Virus record (IMG/VR): IMGVR_UViG_3300020045_004406 | Span: 1-46,512 of that record | Reading direction: 5' to 3' (one strand) | Length of the DNA stretch: 46,512 bases | Source of the DNA: a virus | Lineage: Duplodnaviria > Caudoviricetes | Shown: positions 1-8,572 of the stretch, one piece after another | How the letters are laid out: each line of letters begins with the position of its first letter | Numbering within the stretch: the stretch's first letter is position 1 | Program-made: the position numbers and the translations under genes | The notes under the pieces: model-generated | Databases searched by the model: none | Told to the model about the DNA's origin: nothing | The model's input: the letters and a program-made list of their open reading frames with translations, nothing else

Positions 1-117
1 TTTAACAATTGAGAATTCGCACTTGCAGTCAATGCACTTCTTCTTTCCCTCACCATCAAGCGATGAAAGAAAGTAACTCCCGCACTCGGGGCATTTTGGC
101 TTAATTGTTGCGCTCAT
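1..117 (-). CDS. Small Zn-ribbon protein (3' end runs off the window)
   Basis: MSATIKPKCPECGS...CIDCKC read by hand; complete homolog at 43604-43744. Confidence 0.7.
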   Translation of the reverse strand, partial: MSATIKPKCPECGSYFLSSLDGEGKKKCIDCKCEFSIVK

Positions 118-126
118 TTTGTAATC

Positions 127-594
127 CTAAAATTGCAGCATTAAGGCCTTAATATCAAGCCGGTATTTTTTCGCCTTGGCCGGTAAAAATGTAGGCACCG
201 GAAGGCAGTATTTCTTTGCATCGGTCAGGTTAAATGACTTCTTGTTAATCTCATGCTGCATGGTGGTTATTGTAATCGCATCGCAATAGAAAAACTCATT
301 ATCGATGCAGAATAAAAACCCGCAGCGGATATTGCCGATATAAGTTTCAGACTCCTTTTTCAACAAAGCCTTTAGCTGCGTAAGCCCGTCAAACTCAACC
401 CGCGCTTTACGGTGCTTCGCCTCGGCGAATAGCAACACATGTCCGTCAAATATAATGCAATCGCACACGTTCTTAGATGTGAACCTACGCTGCGTCTCTT
501 CCCCCTGCCAGCCAGCATCCTTTAGCCTGGTATAGCTTAAGCCCTGCTTCTCGCAAGACTCCTTAATCAATGCCTCAAAGCCTTTACCGTCCAT
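127..594 (-). CDS. RecU-like PD-(D/E)xK Holliday junction resolvase
   Basis: GKGFE...CDCIIFDG...FAEAK nuclease motif pattern; nin-region position. Confidence 0.7.
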   Translation of the reverse strand: MDGKGFEALIKESCEKQGLSYTRLKDAGWQGEETQRRFTSKNVCDCIIFDGHVLLFAEAKHRKARVEFDGLTQLKALLKKESETYIGNIRCGFLFCIDNEFFYCDAITITTMQHEINKKSFNLTDAKKYCLPVPTFLPAKAKKYRLDIKALMLQF

Positions 595-931
595 ATTGCG
601 CTATCCCCTGAATAACTTTTAGCGGTATTTCGACCGGGTAATTTTCCACTAGCTTTAGCCATAATTCTGATTGCTCACCATACCGGTGGATAAACTCAAA
701 CTTGTCATTGTGGAATAGCTTGTGCTCATCAGGCGTCAGCGGGATAACGAACCAGTGGCCGATATGCACGCGCTCGTTGTTCACATAGGTTTTTCTGGAT
801 GATCCTACGCAATGATGAACCTCTACGCCGTGTGCGCCAGAAACGATGCTAGGCTGCTCTTTGCACCATGCCATGAATGCTTTTTCATCAGCGTGCGCGC
901 CTCGGCTTTGCTTGCTTGATTTACGCTGCAT
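584..931 (-). CDS. Ref/DUF968-like HNH-type protein
   Basis: EVHH...HWFVIPLTPDEH...IH pattern resembles the Ref/DUF968 family, but the usual Cys pairs are replaced. Confidence 0.55.
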   Translation of the reverse strand: MQRKSSKQSRGAHADEKAFMAWCKEQPSIVSGAHGVEVHHCVGSSRKTYVNNERVHIGHWFVIPLTPDEHKLFHNDKFEFIHRYGEQSELWLKLVENYPVEIPLKVIQGIAQYGR

Positions 932-1283
932 ATAGTTTTTTCTCTACGGCTTCAAGTATGTGCTGAACAAGATAGGCTTGAACCTCATCGTTTTTAAAGC
1001 TTGCCTTGTGGCCAATCTTTTCAAGTATGTAGCTAGATGCGTGTATAGCCTCATGCGCAATAACACTCATGGCATAGGTTTGGCAGTGCATTACAACGAC
1101 TAAATCGCCATCTTCTTTACGGTGACCGCATCTGGCAAAATACTCTCCGTGAAAAATATCCTCATAGCCTTTTGGAGGGGTTTTATTTCTGCCAAGGTAT
1201 ATGATTACTTTTGAGTGGAATACAGGGATTTTAACTACTACTTTTGTAACAACATCATCTTCGCCATTATTCGCAGAAACCAT
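921..1283 (-). CDS. Small HExxH-motif protein (zincin-like)
   Basis: VIAHEAIH followed by downstream DEVQAYL. Confidence 0.55.
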   Translation of the reverse strand: MVSANNGEDDVVTKVVVKIPVFHSKVIIYLGRNKTPPKGYEDIFHGEYFARCGHRKEDGDLVVVMHCQTYAMSVIAHEAIHASSYILEKIGHKASFKNDEVQAYLVQHILEAVEKKLYAA

Positions 1284-1432
1284 TACACCATTCCCCGCAT
1301 TGAATCCCAGAAGCCAGCAGACCAGCTACACATTTCCAGCAGGCTACCGAGACCGAAAGGATTAACGTCATCTCTCCCCTCCCTGTGAGCCTTTACGCCA
1401 AGGTCATAGATTGATTGCTGATAGGTTGTCAT
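1283..1432 (-). CDS. 49-aa Rmf/CrpP-like small protein (not in ORF track)
   Basis: Hand translation MTTYQQSIYDLGVKAHREGRDDVNPFGLGSLLEMCSWSAGFWDSMRGMV; start and stop overlap both neighbours. Confidence 0.55.
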   Translation of the reverse strand: MTTYQQSIYDLGVKAHREGRDDVNPFGLGSLLEMCSWSAGFWDSMRGMV

Positions 1433-1890
1433 TTGTTCTGCTCCCGCTGTAGCTTTTGGTATTCACCTTTTGATTCAAGCACACATCCATGAGTAGCGGC
1501 GAAATTCTGCAGCCATGTCAAAACTTCGAACATTTCGCCCTGCTTCCATTTCGCGCTGCTGGTGTAGTCTTTTTTCTTGCGCTTGGTTATCACACATTCA
1601 ACTTCATGTATCATCCAGTCGCGCGGATATTCCCTGTAGAACAATCCTTTGATTGACTTCTTAGTTCCGTCCATCATTCCTTCTGTGAATTGGGAGTAAT
1701 GGCATTTTGCAAGATGGCACCCGAAGTCAGTCAGCCAAAGATGAAACAGGGCATTCTGTCCTAGAGATCTATCCTGCCCAATTCTAGGAGATCCATAGGT
1801 TATGTATTTGTGCTCGCCGTAAAGCTTCTCTACGTTAGCCAAAAAAGCCTTTAGCGATGTATCGGAGTTGATTACCCATGATTCTCCCAT
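1429..1890 (-). CDS. NinB/YbcN-like recombination protein
   Basis: RSLGQNALFHLWL N-terminal motif; YTSS...EM...LQ.FA...G..L C-terminal motif. Confidence 0.65.
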   Translation of the reverse strand: MGESWVINSDTSLKAFLANVEKLYGEHKYITYGSPRIGQDRSLGQNALFHLWLTDFGCHLAKCHYSQFTEGMMDGTKKSIKGLFYREYPRDWMIHEVECVITKRKKKDYTSSAKWKQGEMFEVLTWLQNFAATHGCVLESKGEYQKLQREQNK

Positions 1891-2073
1891 TTACCATTCC
1901 CTGCCCGCTTTCTGATCGTTCCAGCACTCTGCCATATGTTCGTCGCTGTAGGTGTCGCCATCGCGTTTCTGAGCTACAGCATCCACCGCGTCTGCCTGAT
2001 TGTGCATAAAGCTATTGCGCATGTATCGGTAGGCGTATAGCTTTTCAAACTCTTCGCGTGTCATTTTGACCAC
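1891..2073 (-). CDS. Hypothetical phage protein
   Basis: Tiles the leftward operon; MTREEFEK...YSD...CW pattern. Confidence 0.6.
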   Translation of the reverse strand: MVKMTREEFEKLYAYRYMRNSFMHNQADAVDAVAQKRDGDTYSDEHMAECWNDQKAGREW

Positions 2074-2188
2074 CCAGCAACATATCTGCCATTATCCATT
2101 TGTTCCGATACGGCAAACTGAATTGCATCGCAAGGCCAAAACTGCATCCATATTGCAATAATTATCTGCAAAATTGCATCGTTTTTCA

Positions 2189-2815
2189 TTACTCGCCCTC
2201 TGGCTTTGGTGCTGCTGATAATAAAGCCCGCATCTTTGTGCGCGCATGGCCCAATGCGAAAGCATTAAAGCATTTACTGCCGTCGGCACCATCATTATCA
2301 AGAATATCCTGCGCGCATTTAGCTATTTCAGGTATAGATGCTGCTTGCGGTGGCAAATTCACCACTGTATCGCCAACTTTTACAGCAATAATGTCTCCAC
2401 ATGAATCGGGTTTCTTGTACCACAAGCCACTACAAGCCGCTTGGTACATTACAGGCTCTTGCTTAGGTGCTGGCATTGCCTGTACGTAGCAAATGGTCTG
2501 CTCTATCGACTTCATTACGCCATCATAAAAGCTGTAATTCGTGTTGAATTGTTCGCGAGCATCCAGATAATTTTTTGCAGCCAGATCTTTTCTTGCTTTG
2601 AGATTTTCAAGCAGTGATTTTAGAGGTTCACCCTGCACTTGCTGCGATGCCTTTGAAAACTCGCAAGGATGACCATCTTCGCAATTCGAACAACCGCATG
2701 AATTATCCTGCGATGCCTTGGCAAGTGCTGCGCGCTCAATAAACTGAGCAAAATCACGCTTTGATGCATTCGGATTCGCATCGATTATTTCGTCAATTTC
2801 ATTGATGGTTAGCAT
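2189..2815 (-). CDS. Hypothetical phage early protein (mosaic)
   Basis: Long ORF; likely start MLTINE overlapping the upstream stop. Confidence 0.6.
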   Translation of the reverse strand: MLTINEIDEIIDANPNASKRDFAQFIERAALAKASQDNSCGCSNCEDGHPCEFSKASQQVQGEPLKSLLENLKARKDLAAKNYLDAREQFNTNYSFYDGVMKSIEQTICYVQAMPAPKQEPVMYQAACSGLWYKKPDSCGDIIAVKVGDTVVNLPPQAASIPEIAKCAQDILDNDGADGSKCFNAFALGHARTKMRALLSAAPKPEGE

Positions 2816-3453
2816 GATGGCTTTACCTCGGATAATGACATGGCGCTTTCTATTACTTTTTCCGTATCGGTGATAACTTTCCACCAATAATGATTTTCAG
2901 GGCATTTAATCCGCTCAACATGATTTCTCATATTGGCAGTTGTTACTTTAAGGGCTTCAAATATTCTATCATCCTGTATTGGCATTGCTGGCACGGGGGA
3001 TTTAAATAGCGGCGTCCACCCGTGGCTTCGGTAAGCGATCATTGTTTGCTCATTGCGTGTGAAATCTTCGCGCTCACTAAACCATCCGTAAGGCTTCTGC
3101 TCCCGCGCCTCACGAATAGCCGAATCCATTAGCTTATACGCCTCGCCGAAATCACGGCAGACCATCAACAAATCAGGGCCGGTGAAATTGGTTCGTGTAT
3201 CGCCTGCTATTACAGCAAGCTCGCCTATTGACTCAGCCAAACATTGCCGCTCATGCGTAAGTCGCAGTGATTCAGCCTCTGCCGCCTCTAATTTCTGGCG
3301 GAGCAACTCATAATCTTCTGCTTTCACAACACTGCAATCAATTTGACTGGCAATATCTGGCGACTGAGTCAGATACGCCGGTAGATAATTACCAAAATCA
3401 TTTTCGTAGTACGCCGTGTAAAAAGGACAGTCATTCAATTCTAATTCACTCAT
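2809..3453 (-). CDS. Hypothetical early protein (Ea22/Eaa-like coiled coil)
   Basis: VVKAEDYELL.QKLEAAE coiled coil and QKPYGW...TPLF motif; GGAG RBS upstream. Confidence 0.55.
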   Translation of the reverse strand: MSELELNDCPFYTAYYENDFGNYLPAYLTQSPDIASQIDCSVVKAEDYELLRQKLEAAEAESLRLTHERQCLAESIGELAVIAGDTRTNFTGPDLLMVCRDFGEAYKLMDSAIREAREQKPYGWFSEREDFTRNEQTMIAYRSHGWTPLFKSPVPAMPIQDDRIFEALKVTTANMRNHVERIKCPENHYWWKVITDTEKVIESAMSLSEVKPSC

Positions 3454-3521
3454 TACAATCTCCCGTTAATTTAAGCCATTGTGAATCATTGGTTGTGCGG
3501 GTAAAGTGGTTTAACTGTTCT

Positions 3522-4511
3522 TTACTTAGAAAGTAAATTAATCAATTCTTTAAATGCAGTCGCAGCAGCTAAAGGAACTTGTCCGTTTCCAATGGCTTTA
3601 AGCTGGTCGTTAACGAAGTCCAGCCGAGAGGCCACCCCATCAACCACTCGCAGAATTTCGGGTTCAGTTTTCCACCAATCTGAGCTGTCAATGTTGGCGT
3701 GTTGCGCAGGAATTCGCTGGGCGAACATGTTTCTTTTGAGTTGTGCGCAGTCGGTGTAGGAAACTTTGCTACTTGCTGCTCCAGGTTCTTCACTGATCGC
3801 TTGCTGGTCGCCTCTGTTATCGGTGCCTGCATCGCACGGCATGATCTTGGAGTAGGCCAATTCTGCATATTGCTCACTTGATCGCGAAGGTTCGCCGGTT
3901 TCGATCTGCCAGGACGAGCTATTGTTGCCTCCCTGTGTAGCGCATCGGATGATTTCGGTGGTAACTTGTCCATAGTCGTTGGAGTGGCCCAGTATCCAGA
4001 TTCTATCTCTGACGTGATTCGCTCCGACTTCAGCCGCAGATAAACACGTCCATTCCGCATCATACCCTGACGCGGCCAAGTCTCCGAGTACAGTTCCAAG
4101 TCCTCGACTAGTGAGCATTGGGCTGTTTTCCACAAACACAAATCGTGGTCGTATATCGCCAATAATCCGAAGAAATTCTTTCCACATTCCGCTGCGCTCT
4201 CCTTCAATTCCGGCTCCTTTTCCTGCAACGGATATGTCTTGGCATGGAAACCCGCCAGATATAACGTCAACAATTCCCCGCCAAGGTTTCCCGTCAAAAG
4301 TTTGCACGTCAGACCAAATTGGGAAAGCTTCGAGAATTCCATCGTTTTGTCGTTGCGCCAAAACTTGTGCTGCGTAGGAATCACGTTCAACTGCGCATAC
4401 TGTCCGCCATCCGAGCAGCTTTCCACCAAGGATGCCACCTCCAGCCCCAGCGAAGAGTGCAAGCTCTCGCAGTGCTCCATCATTGCCTTGCTGAATATCC
4501 AACTCATTCAC
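3522..4511 (-). CDS. DNA cytosine-5 methyltransferase, catalytic (alpha-type) chain lacking motif IX
   Basis: Motifs I ALFAGAGGG, IV SGGFPCQ, VI VENS, VIII HVRDRIW, X LKAIGNGQVP; GTG at 4511 lies 7 nt after AGGAG. Confidence 0.9.
   Translation of the reverse strand: MNELDIQQGNDGALRELALFAGAGGGILGGKLLGWRTVCAVERDSYAAQVLAQRQNDGILEAFPIWSDVQTFDGKPWRGIVDVISGGFPCQDISVAGKGAGIEGERSGMWKEFLRIIGDIRPRFVFVENSPMLTSRGLGTVLGDLAASGYDAEWTCLSAAEVGANHVRDRIWILGHSNDYGQVTTEIIRCATQGGNNSSSWQIETGEPSRSSEQYAELAYSKIMPCDAGTDNRGDQQAISEEPGAASSKVSYTDCAQLKRNMFAQRIPAQHANIDSSDWWKTEPEILRVVDGVASRLDFVNDQLKAIGNGQVPLAAATAFKELINLLSK
3569..4507 (-). CDS. Overlapping alternative-frame MTase partner chain (motif IX plus TRD-like repeats)
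   Basis: 312-aa open frame nested in the MTase; WATPT/WPTPR/FPTPT repeats; C-terminal LNPKFCEWLMGWPLGWT resembles motif IX. Confidence 0.75.
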   Translation of the reverse strand: MSWIFSKAMMEHCESLHSSLGLEVASLVESCSDGGQYAQLNVIPTQHKFWRNDKTMEFSKLSQFGLTCKLLTGNLGGELLTLYLAGFHAKTYPLQEKEPELKESAAECGKNFFGLLAIYDHDLCLWKTAQCSLVEDLELYSETWPRQGMMRNGRVYLRLKSERITSEIESGYWATPTTMDKLPPKSSDALHREATIARPGRSKPANLRDQVSNMQNWPTPRSCRAMQAPITEATSKRSVKNLEQQVAKFPTPTAHNSKETCSPSEFLRNTPTLTAQIGGKLNPKFCEWLMGWPLGWTSLTTSLKPLETDKFL

Positions 4512-4616
4512 TTGCCCACTCCTGGCTAAAGCTATCTTGCTCAAAACCTTCAATTACCTGTATGCCGTGCTTATCCATGCAGGCTAGGAAGTATGCTGGG
4601 AATATGTTGTGCATGA

Positions 4617-4865
4617 TTAAATCTTCTCTACTTTTACGCCAAATTTTAAACGCCTGAAATTTCCAGTTTTATCCACTGTAGTTTCAATTAATTCCGCATC
4701 GTATGAATAACCGCCCCTTTTTGGCGATATGGCATCAGCGTAATCTGCCGCCAAATAAAACGCTTTATCTTCGGCCTGTTCTTGGCTTTCAGCTAAAATA
4801 ACTCTTGCTGCATCGTAACCAGACCAACAAGCACCAAGCCCATAAACAGCCAGATATTTTCTCAA
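4617..4865 (-). CDS. Hypothetical protein
   Basis: AGGAG RBS upstream of a TTG start; tiles the operon. Confidence 0.6.
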   Translation of the reverse strand: MRKYLAVYGLGACWSGYDAARVILAESQEQAEDKAFYLAADYADAISPKRGGYSYDAELIETTVDKTGNFRRLKFGVKVEKI

Positions 4866-4892
4866 TTTCTATCTCCTATCTGTGTTTATGTA

Positions 4893-5444
4893 TCACACCT
4901 GTTCGGCTTTTTCTTCTTCAACTTTTTCAACAACTCCAGTTTCAGCAGCCGGTGCAATTTGAATTGACATAAAAATAAAATCCTTAAAAGTCTTCCAAAA
5001 CTCAAGCGCTCTTTTACCATCCATTTCTAAAATTCTGCGGTCATCAAATTCAGACCATTCAGAAATTAAATGGCGCTCGCATCCAATTTGCAAATAATCA
5101 ACCGTGTAAACAACTGGATAAACTTCTGAAACAAAAATGCTTTTAATATGCTCACTGTTACCAGCGGCAAAACTCAGGTTGGCAAAACTCAGGTTGGCAG
5201 AACGCAGGTCGGCAGAACTCAGGTTGGCAAAACTCAGGTTGGCAGAACGCAGGTCGGCAGAACTCAGGTTGGCAAAACTCAGGTTGGCAGAACTCAGGTT
5301 GGCAGAACTCAGGTTGGCAGAACGCAGGTCGGCAGAACTCAGGTTGGCTTGCTCACCGCCATCCTCATAACGCAACCACATACCGTGCTTTTTTATAATT
5401 TCCGCTAATTGTTCTGTGGTGTAAGTTTTCATATTTAACTCCAT
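4893..5444 (-). CDS. Pentapeptide-repeat protein
   Basis: 12 A(N/D)L(S/R)(S/F) units, then a LQIGCERH...EW C-terminal domain. Confidence 0.9.
   Translation of the reverse strand: MELNMKTYTTEQLAEIIKKHGMWLRYEDGGEQANLSSADLRSANLSSANLSSANLSFANLSSADLRSANLSFANLSSADLRSANLSFANLSFAAGNSEHIKSIFVSEVYPVVYTVDYLQIGCERHLISEWSEFDDRRILEMDGKRALEFWKTFKDFIFMSIQIAPAAETGVVEKVEEEKAEQV
5166..5345. repeat. 12 x 15-bp tandem repeat (three unit variants)
   Basis: Units ggcaaaactcaggtt, ggcagaactcaggtt and ggcagaacgcaggtc counted directly. Confidence 0.95.
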
Positions 5445-5499
5445 TGTTTAGTGTTTATGTATTATCGACTTAATGGTGGGGATTGGCGAATTGGTTAAC

Positions 5500-5997
5500 T
5501 TAACTTTGCAATTCATTTATCTGATTTGATTTTACAAAATACTCTTTCGGTATGAAAAAATCACACGCATAACCGCTAACTTTAGTTGCCAACTCATCTG
5601 ACGCTAAAAGCTCATCAATATTCGTGTAATAAAATTTACCTTCTCTGCCTGACGCAGGATCGAGAATGCGTTGATAGAAAAATCCTTCTTGTTCTGCATT
5701 TTCAATGCACCACAATATTTGATGTGTTCCGCCCTTAATGTTCAAACTTGGCACAGTAACAAAATAGACGCCAGCCATGTCTGGTTTTGTTTTGTGGTTG
5801 CAAAGAACAATTGGCACACCCTTTGACTCCAAGTATTCATCTGGCCAAACCTTATCATCTCCCGCACCCCAATATTTATCGTGATACTCACTTATAATCA
5901 GATCAACAGGCTCACCCAAAACCATTGCCAAGCATGCAGAAACGCAAGTGTTATATGTAGGCTGCTGCTGGAACTCTATTTCATCGATAAATATCAT
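5500..5997 (-). CDS. Peptidase C39-like (papain-fold) protein
   Basis: QQ.....CVSACLAMVL, HQILW and ILDP give a Q-C-H-D arrangement; ATG at 5997 with GAGG RBS. Confidence 0.55.
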   Translation of the reverse strand: MIFIDEIEFQQQPTYNTCVSACLAMVLGEPVDLIISEYHDKYWGAGDDKVWPDEYLESKGVPIVLCNHKTKPDMAGVYFVTVPSLNIKGGTHQILWCIENAEQEGFFYQRILDPASGREGKFYYTNIDELLASDELATKVSGYACDFFIPKEYFVKSNQINELQS

Positions 5998-6049
5998 TTT
6001 GTATTCCTCTCCAGTCTTTCGTTGTCGGCTATCTCTGCAGATAGGTTGG

Positions 6050-6844
6050 TTAGTTAAGGCTAGAAATACCTTCAAAAAATATATCATCATACCTAGGGCG
6101 TGGTGATGGTGAAATTAGTTGATTATTGCTTATTTCATCAATCCTATATTTTGCTTTTTCAAAATAGCCTTTATCAATCTCTATTCCAATAAAATTCCTT
6201 CCAGCTCTTACGCAGGCAACCCCAGAGGTACCGCTTCCCATGCAATTATCCATAACGGTATCGCCTTCATTGCTATAGGTTTTAACCAAATATTCCATTA
6301 ATGCCAATGGCTTTTGTGTCGGGTGCAAATTTACTTTTTGCTTGTCGCTCGAGAAAAACTGAACGCTTCGCGGGTACCGGTCTGTAGAGTCATAATCAGT
6401 AACCTTTATTGCCTTTCCGTAGCACTCAGAATTAACGGTTTTTTTGGTTGCCGTTTTACGCTCATGCCCCTGGGTAAACTGAGGGTTGTAAGTGCATTGT
6501 TTTCGATAGAATACGCAAACAGACTCATGCGCTCTTAACGGTTGTTTTTTGGCATTTAAAAACCCAGTTGCGGAGCCTTTCTCCCAAACCCAGTCGTATT
6601 TAAACATTTTGGGTTGACTCATAATCAATGCGCTGGTAAATGGCTGCATTGAAGTAAGAACGATGGCTGCAGATTCCGTAGTTATGCGAATGTACTGCGC
6701 CCAAAGTTCTTTAAAATCAATTACTGAATCCCACTTGCACTGAGTGATACCGTAGGGCAAATCACACAGAATCATATCAACACTCGCATCGGGAATTAAT
6801 TTCATCAGCTCCAAGCAATCCCCTTGCATTAAATTTATAGCCAT
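6050..6844 (-). CDS. DNA N6-adenine/N4-cytosine methyltransferase (beta class)
   Basis: GDCLELM, CDLPYG, HPTQKP, DNCMGSGTSG, FIGIE. Confidence 0.92.
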   Translation of the reverse strand: MAINLMQGDCLELMKLIPDASVDMILCDLPYGITQCKWDSVIDFKELWAQYIRITTESAAIVLTSMQPFTSALIMSQPKMFKYDWVWEKGSATGFLNAKKQPLRAHESVCVFYRKQCTYNPQFTQGHERKTATKKTVNSECYGKAIKVTDYDSTDRYPRSVQFFSSDKQKVNLHPTQKPLALMEYLVKTYSNEGDTVMDNCMGSGTSGVACVRAGRNFIGIEIDKGYFEKAKYRIDEISNNQLISPSPRPRYDDIFFEGISSLN

Positions 6845-6891
6845 TTCAATCTCTCCAGTCGTTTCATATCTTCAATATCTGCCGGTGCGGA

Positions 6892-7089
6892 TTAACCTAG
6901 TGCAGAATCGATGCCAGCATTTATGACGCATTCGTACCCGTAAAATATCTTGTCGAAGTCTTTCAGCGCCTGCTCTGCTATCTTTTTCTTTTCTGCCTTG
7001 GTTAGATTTATCCAATCTGGATCTTCTTTGCATGCGTCATTGAATCCAACGATGCACCCTTGCAAGAACTCTGTTTTTATATCAGACAT
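6892..7089 (-). CDS. Hypothetical protein
   Basis: Start overlaps the helicase end. Confidence 0.6.
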   Translation of the reverse strand: MSDIKTEFLQGCIVGFNDACKEDPDWINLTKAEKKKIAEQALKDFDKIFYGYECVINAGIDSALG

Positions 7090-8572
7090 CGAATTGCCCC
7101 AACAAATGGTTTAGCGTTTCTTTACCATTCTCAAAATTCTTTGCTGCTGACTTTGCGCGCTTGATATTCAGGTGCTTGATGTAACCGGCCACTCTGTGAT
7201 CTGGTGAGGCTTCGTTCTTGGCGCCAGTCGGGAACATTCCAAATTTCTCCTTGTATTTGTGCTTTGCCCATCCGTCGGCGTAACCTTTCAATCTGGCGTG
7301 ATGAAGCAATCCAGAATAGAACCCTTGATCGATTTCTTTCACTTCCTGTAACTCACCGGCCACCACTTCCAGGTCACGCTTCTTGCGCTTTACTTCATGG
7401 CCACACACCAAACACTTACCAGCCGCCATAATTGCACTACAGCACTCGCAAACCTGAGGCTCTTTCTTTTCGTCCTTCTTGGCTTGGGCGTCTTCTTGGT
7501 ATTCCTTTTTTCCATCGTCTAGGCAATCAGGGACAATATCCTCGGCGAATCCATGGCGGCAAACGTTGCTAGCGTGATCCAGGTAAATAGCGTATTCCTT
7601 GCCATCGAAAATACGCATGATCCGGCCTACTCTCTGGACGTAGCGAATGAGCGATTTAGTCGGGTAACAGTCGATAATGCAGCGCGTGCTTGGTGAGTCG
7701 TATCCAGTATTAAGCAGACTTGAGCAAGAAAGTATCTTGAACTCACCAGCGTTATGCCGCCTGTAAATGTCTTGGCGCAATTCTGGCTCTGTGTAGGCGT
7801 CAATGTGTACCGATGGAACCCCTGCGCGCTCAAACTCAGCCACAAGTCCTCGTGAGTGGCTTATCGATGGGCAGAATGCGATTGTCTGTGCGTTCTCACC
7901 AAGCTTTAGCCAAGTTTTGATAACATCGCCTATCAGCTTTGGCTTTTCCATCTCAATGGCTAGCTGCGTAGGGTCGTAATCCTTTCCGCCAGTCTCGGTG
8001 CGCTTTAACTTAATGTGCTCAAGGTCTGGCTGCTCACCGGCGTAATACTTGACTGGGCAAAGGAATCCTTTTTCTAGCAGCTCCCGTGTGGTGATTGGAA
8101 CAACCAATGCGCTGTAATACTTACCTAGTCCTTTGCTGTACGGCGTGGCGCTTAGTCCGATGAATGGAACGGCACTATAGGCTTCCATCATCTTGGTTAA
8201 GCCTTCGTAATGCGTATGAGCCTCATCTACAATGGCAAAATCAAACTCCAGCATCATGCGGCGTCGGGTCAATGTTTGAATGCTGGCTACTTGTATAGGC
8301 GCGCGCGGGTCGGTCTTTGGATGATTGCCCTGAACCACTCCACACCACAACCCACAAGCCTCAAACTTTTCTATGGTCTGCTCTACAAGCTGGATGCGGT
8401 CACAAATGAACACGCCGCGCTTACCTTTCCGGTGAGCTTCCATCATCATGTGCGCAGCCACAATCGTCTTACCAAATGACACATTGGCACCTAGCATGAT
8501 GCGTTTGTGTCCGGCTCGCATGTATCCGCGTATCCCCTCAATTGCATCTATTTGGTGAGGTCTTAATTCCAT
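7082..8572 (-). CDS. SF2 (DExH) helicase with C-terminal Zn finger
   Basis: SFGKT, DEAH, GLSATP, TGYD, QRVGRIMR, YLDHASN, CECC...CLVC. Confidence 0.92.
   Translation of the reverse strand: MELRPHQIDAIEGIRGYMRAGHKRIMLGANVSFGKTIVAAHMMMEAHRKGKRGVFICDRIQLVEQTIEKFEACGLWCGVVQGNHPKTDPRAPIQVASIQTLTRRRMMLEFDFAIVDEAHTHYEGLTKMMEAYSAVPFIGLSATPYSKGLGKYYSALVVPITTRELLEKGFLCPVKYYAGEQPDLEHIKLKRTETGGKDYDPTQLAIEMEKPKLIGDVIKTWLKLGENAQTIAFCPSISHSRGLVAEFERAGVPSVHIDAYTEPELRQDIYRRHNAGEFKILSCSSLLNTGYDSPSTRCIIDCYPTKSLIRYVQRVGRIMRIFDGKEYAIYLDHASNVCRHGFAEDIVPDCLDDGKKEYQEDAQAKKDEKKEPQVCECCSAIMAAGKCLVCGHEVKRKKRDLEVVAGELQEVKEIDQGFYSGLLHHARLKGYADGWAKHKYKEKFGMFPTGAKNEASPDHRVAGYIKHLNIKRAKSAAKNFENGKETLNHLLGQFDV

Larger units (their letters stand above)
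1..931. repeat. Direct repeat copy 1 (diverged copy at 43631-44559, offset 43628)
   Basis: The same three ORFs (Zn-ribbon, RecU-like, Ref-like) recur with identical ORF lengths for RecU-like and Ref-like; many synonymous differences. Confidence 0.95.

Noticed and set aside
5137-5408. Plus-strand repetitive ORFs (LRLAE and TQVGR repeats) and a possible CRISPR-like array
   Set aside because: These are shadows of the 15-bp pentapeptide repeat; units are contiguous with no spacers, so this is not CRISPR.
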